A program made the position numbers and the translations under genes. The notes under the pieces were generated by a model. It was not told the origin of the DNA and did not search any database. It saw nothing but the letters and a program-made list of their open reading frames with translations. This document shows, in pieces, positions 9,130 through 10,151 of a stretch of 10,151 bases of DNA. The stretch's first letter is position 1. Each line of letters starts with the position of its first letter. Source of the stretch: Geosiphon pyriformis uo1 (lineage: Eukaryota > Fungi > Glomeromycota); contig JAAOMT010000712.1 in the NCBI GenBank assembly GCA_016748015.1, forward strand, positions 9,687 to 19,837, given 5' to 3'.

Positions 9130-10080
9130 GAGTTTTTTATTAAGAATAATTTGAAATTTCAATTTAATTTAACATTACTATTTTAATATTGGTTTTTAGA
9201 TTTTATATCTGAAATCACAATCAATAGGGATTTTAGTGAGTTTTGAAAAAATCATATGTTAGCCTTAATTTTTAGCTTGCTAGTCATAATAAATGTAACA
9301 TTGAATTTTTATCTTTGGGTCAAAAACCTGTAAATTTTTTTTTCATGTAAAATATTCCGTCAAAGCAAAGAAGTGGCACAAGCAAAAGATTTCTTAGAAG
9401 AATAGTCCAATTGATTAGCCAGGTAATTTTATTAAGAAAATTAAATTTAGGTTTTATATAGATTTATTAAAATTCAGACTTTTTTTTATATGTACTATAA
9501 CCTGTAACTATAATCAATATATTGCCTAATACAGATTCTTTATTAATAAGATACCATCTCTCAGAATATTATTCTTTTTTTTTGTTTTCTTTTCACTTAT
9601 TGTTAGTTTTTTTATCTTAACTGCTGACATAATAAATTGTATTTATTTTTTTAAATTCTTAAGCAGGATAAAACCAATGCAGCAAATTGAAGAACAATTA
9701 GGCCGAAATTAAAATATTGACTGACATAATTAACAATTTCAGAAAAAATAAACTATTTGAATTTCAGGTTTCATTGAGGACATATGATTTTTACAAAAAC
9801 TTTTTAAAAAACTAAATTTCTTTCTCTATGATATGAATTCGGTCTGGATAAAGGTTTCTTAATCTTAAACCTTTTAATCTAAATACCTAGCTTATATCTT
9901 TTATATTGTAAATTTTTGTAACATAGTACTTTGTAATGCCAAGTTCTTTATATTAAACAATTCGTTATTAATTAGGAACAAGTATTGGGAATAAAAAATC
10001 TAAATTTTGAGCAAAAATATATGAGATTTTGAAGAGTAAATTGGTGCAATATTTTCTTGAAATATTAATTCAGAATTGAA
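9130..10080 (-). pseudogene. Possible decayed coding sequence of unknown family
   Basis: Protein-like, stop-interrupted minus-strand segments (RTWHYKVLCYKNLQYKRYKLG, YSERWYLINKESVLGNILIIVTGYSTY, LQVFDPKIKIQCYIYYD). No recognised motif. Confidence 0.25.
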
Positions 10081-10151
10081 ATTATCTTATATAATTTATT
10101 TTACTTAAATAACATTTAATCACTTTTGTATATATTTGAAATTAAAAAAAA

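Overview
Very AT-rich eukaryotic DNA from a gapped scaffold (20-N gaps at 615-634, 2709-2728, 6887-6906), with no intact gene. It holds two same-orientation tandem arrays of a ~290-bp conserved body plus a variable (A5-8T)n linker (635-2559, ~6255-6886). Their free ends resemble Helitron termini: 5'-TCTACTATATAAA at 6245 and a decayed hairpin+CTA at ~2558-2586. Also present: a pogo/Tigger-like TIR (2643), a Tc1 element with TIR, TA and a frameshifted transposase N-terminus (2729-3170, minus), a badly decayed possible Transib/RAG1-like transposase (~3600-5600, minus), and an intron-containing plus-strand pseudogene with a PD-(D/E)xK-like C-terminus and 72-bp internal repeats (~6990-9100). An untrimmed Nextera/Tn5 mosaic end (5992-6010) marks an assembly artefact. 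Short GT-AG introns and the pseudogene family suggest a fungus, possibly Glomeromycotina; this is inference from remembered motifs, not a search.
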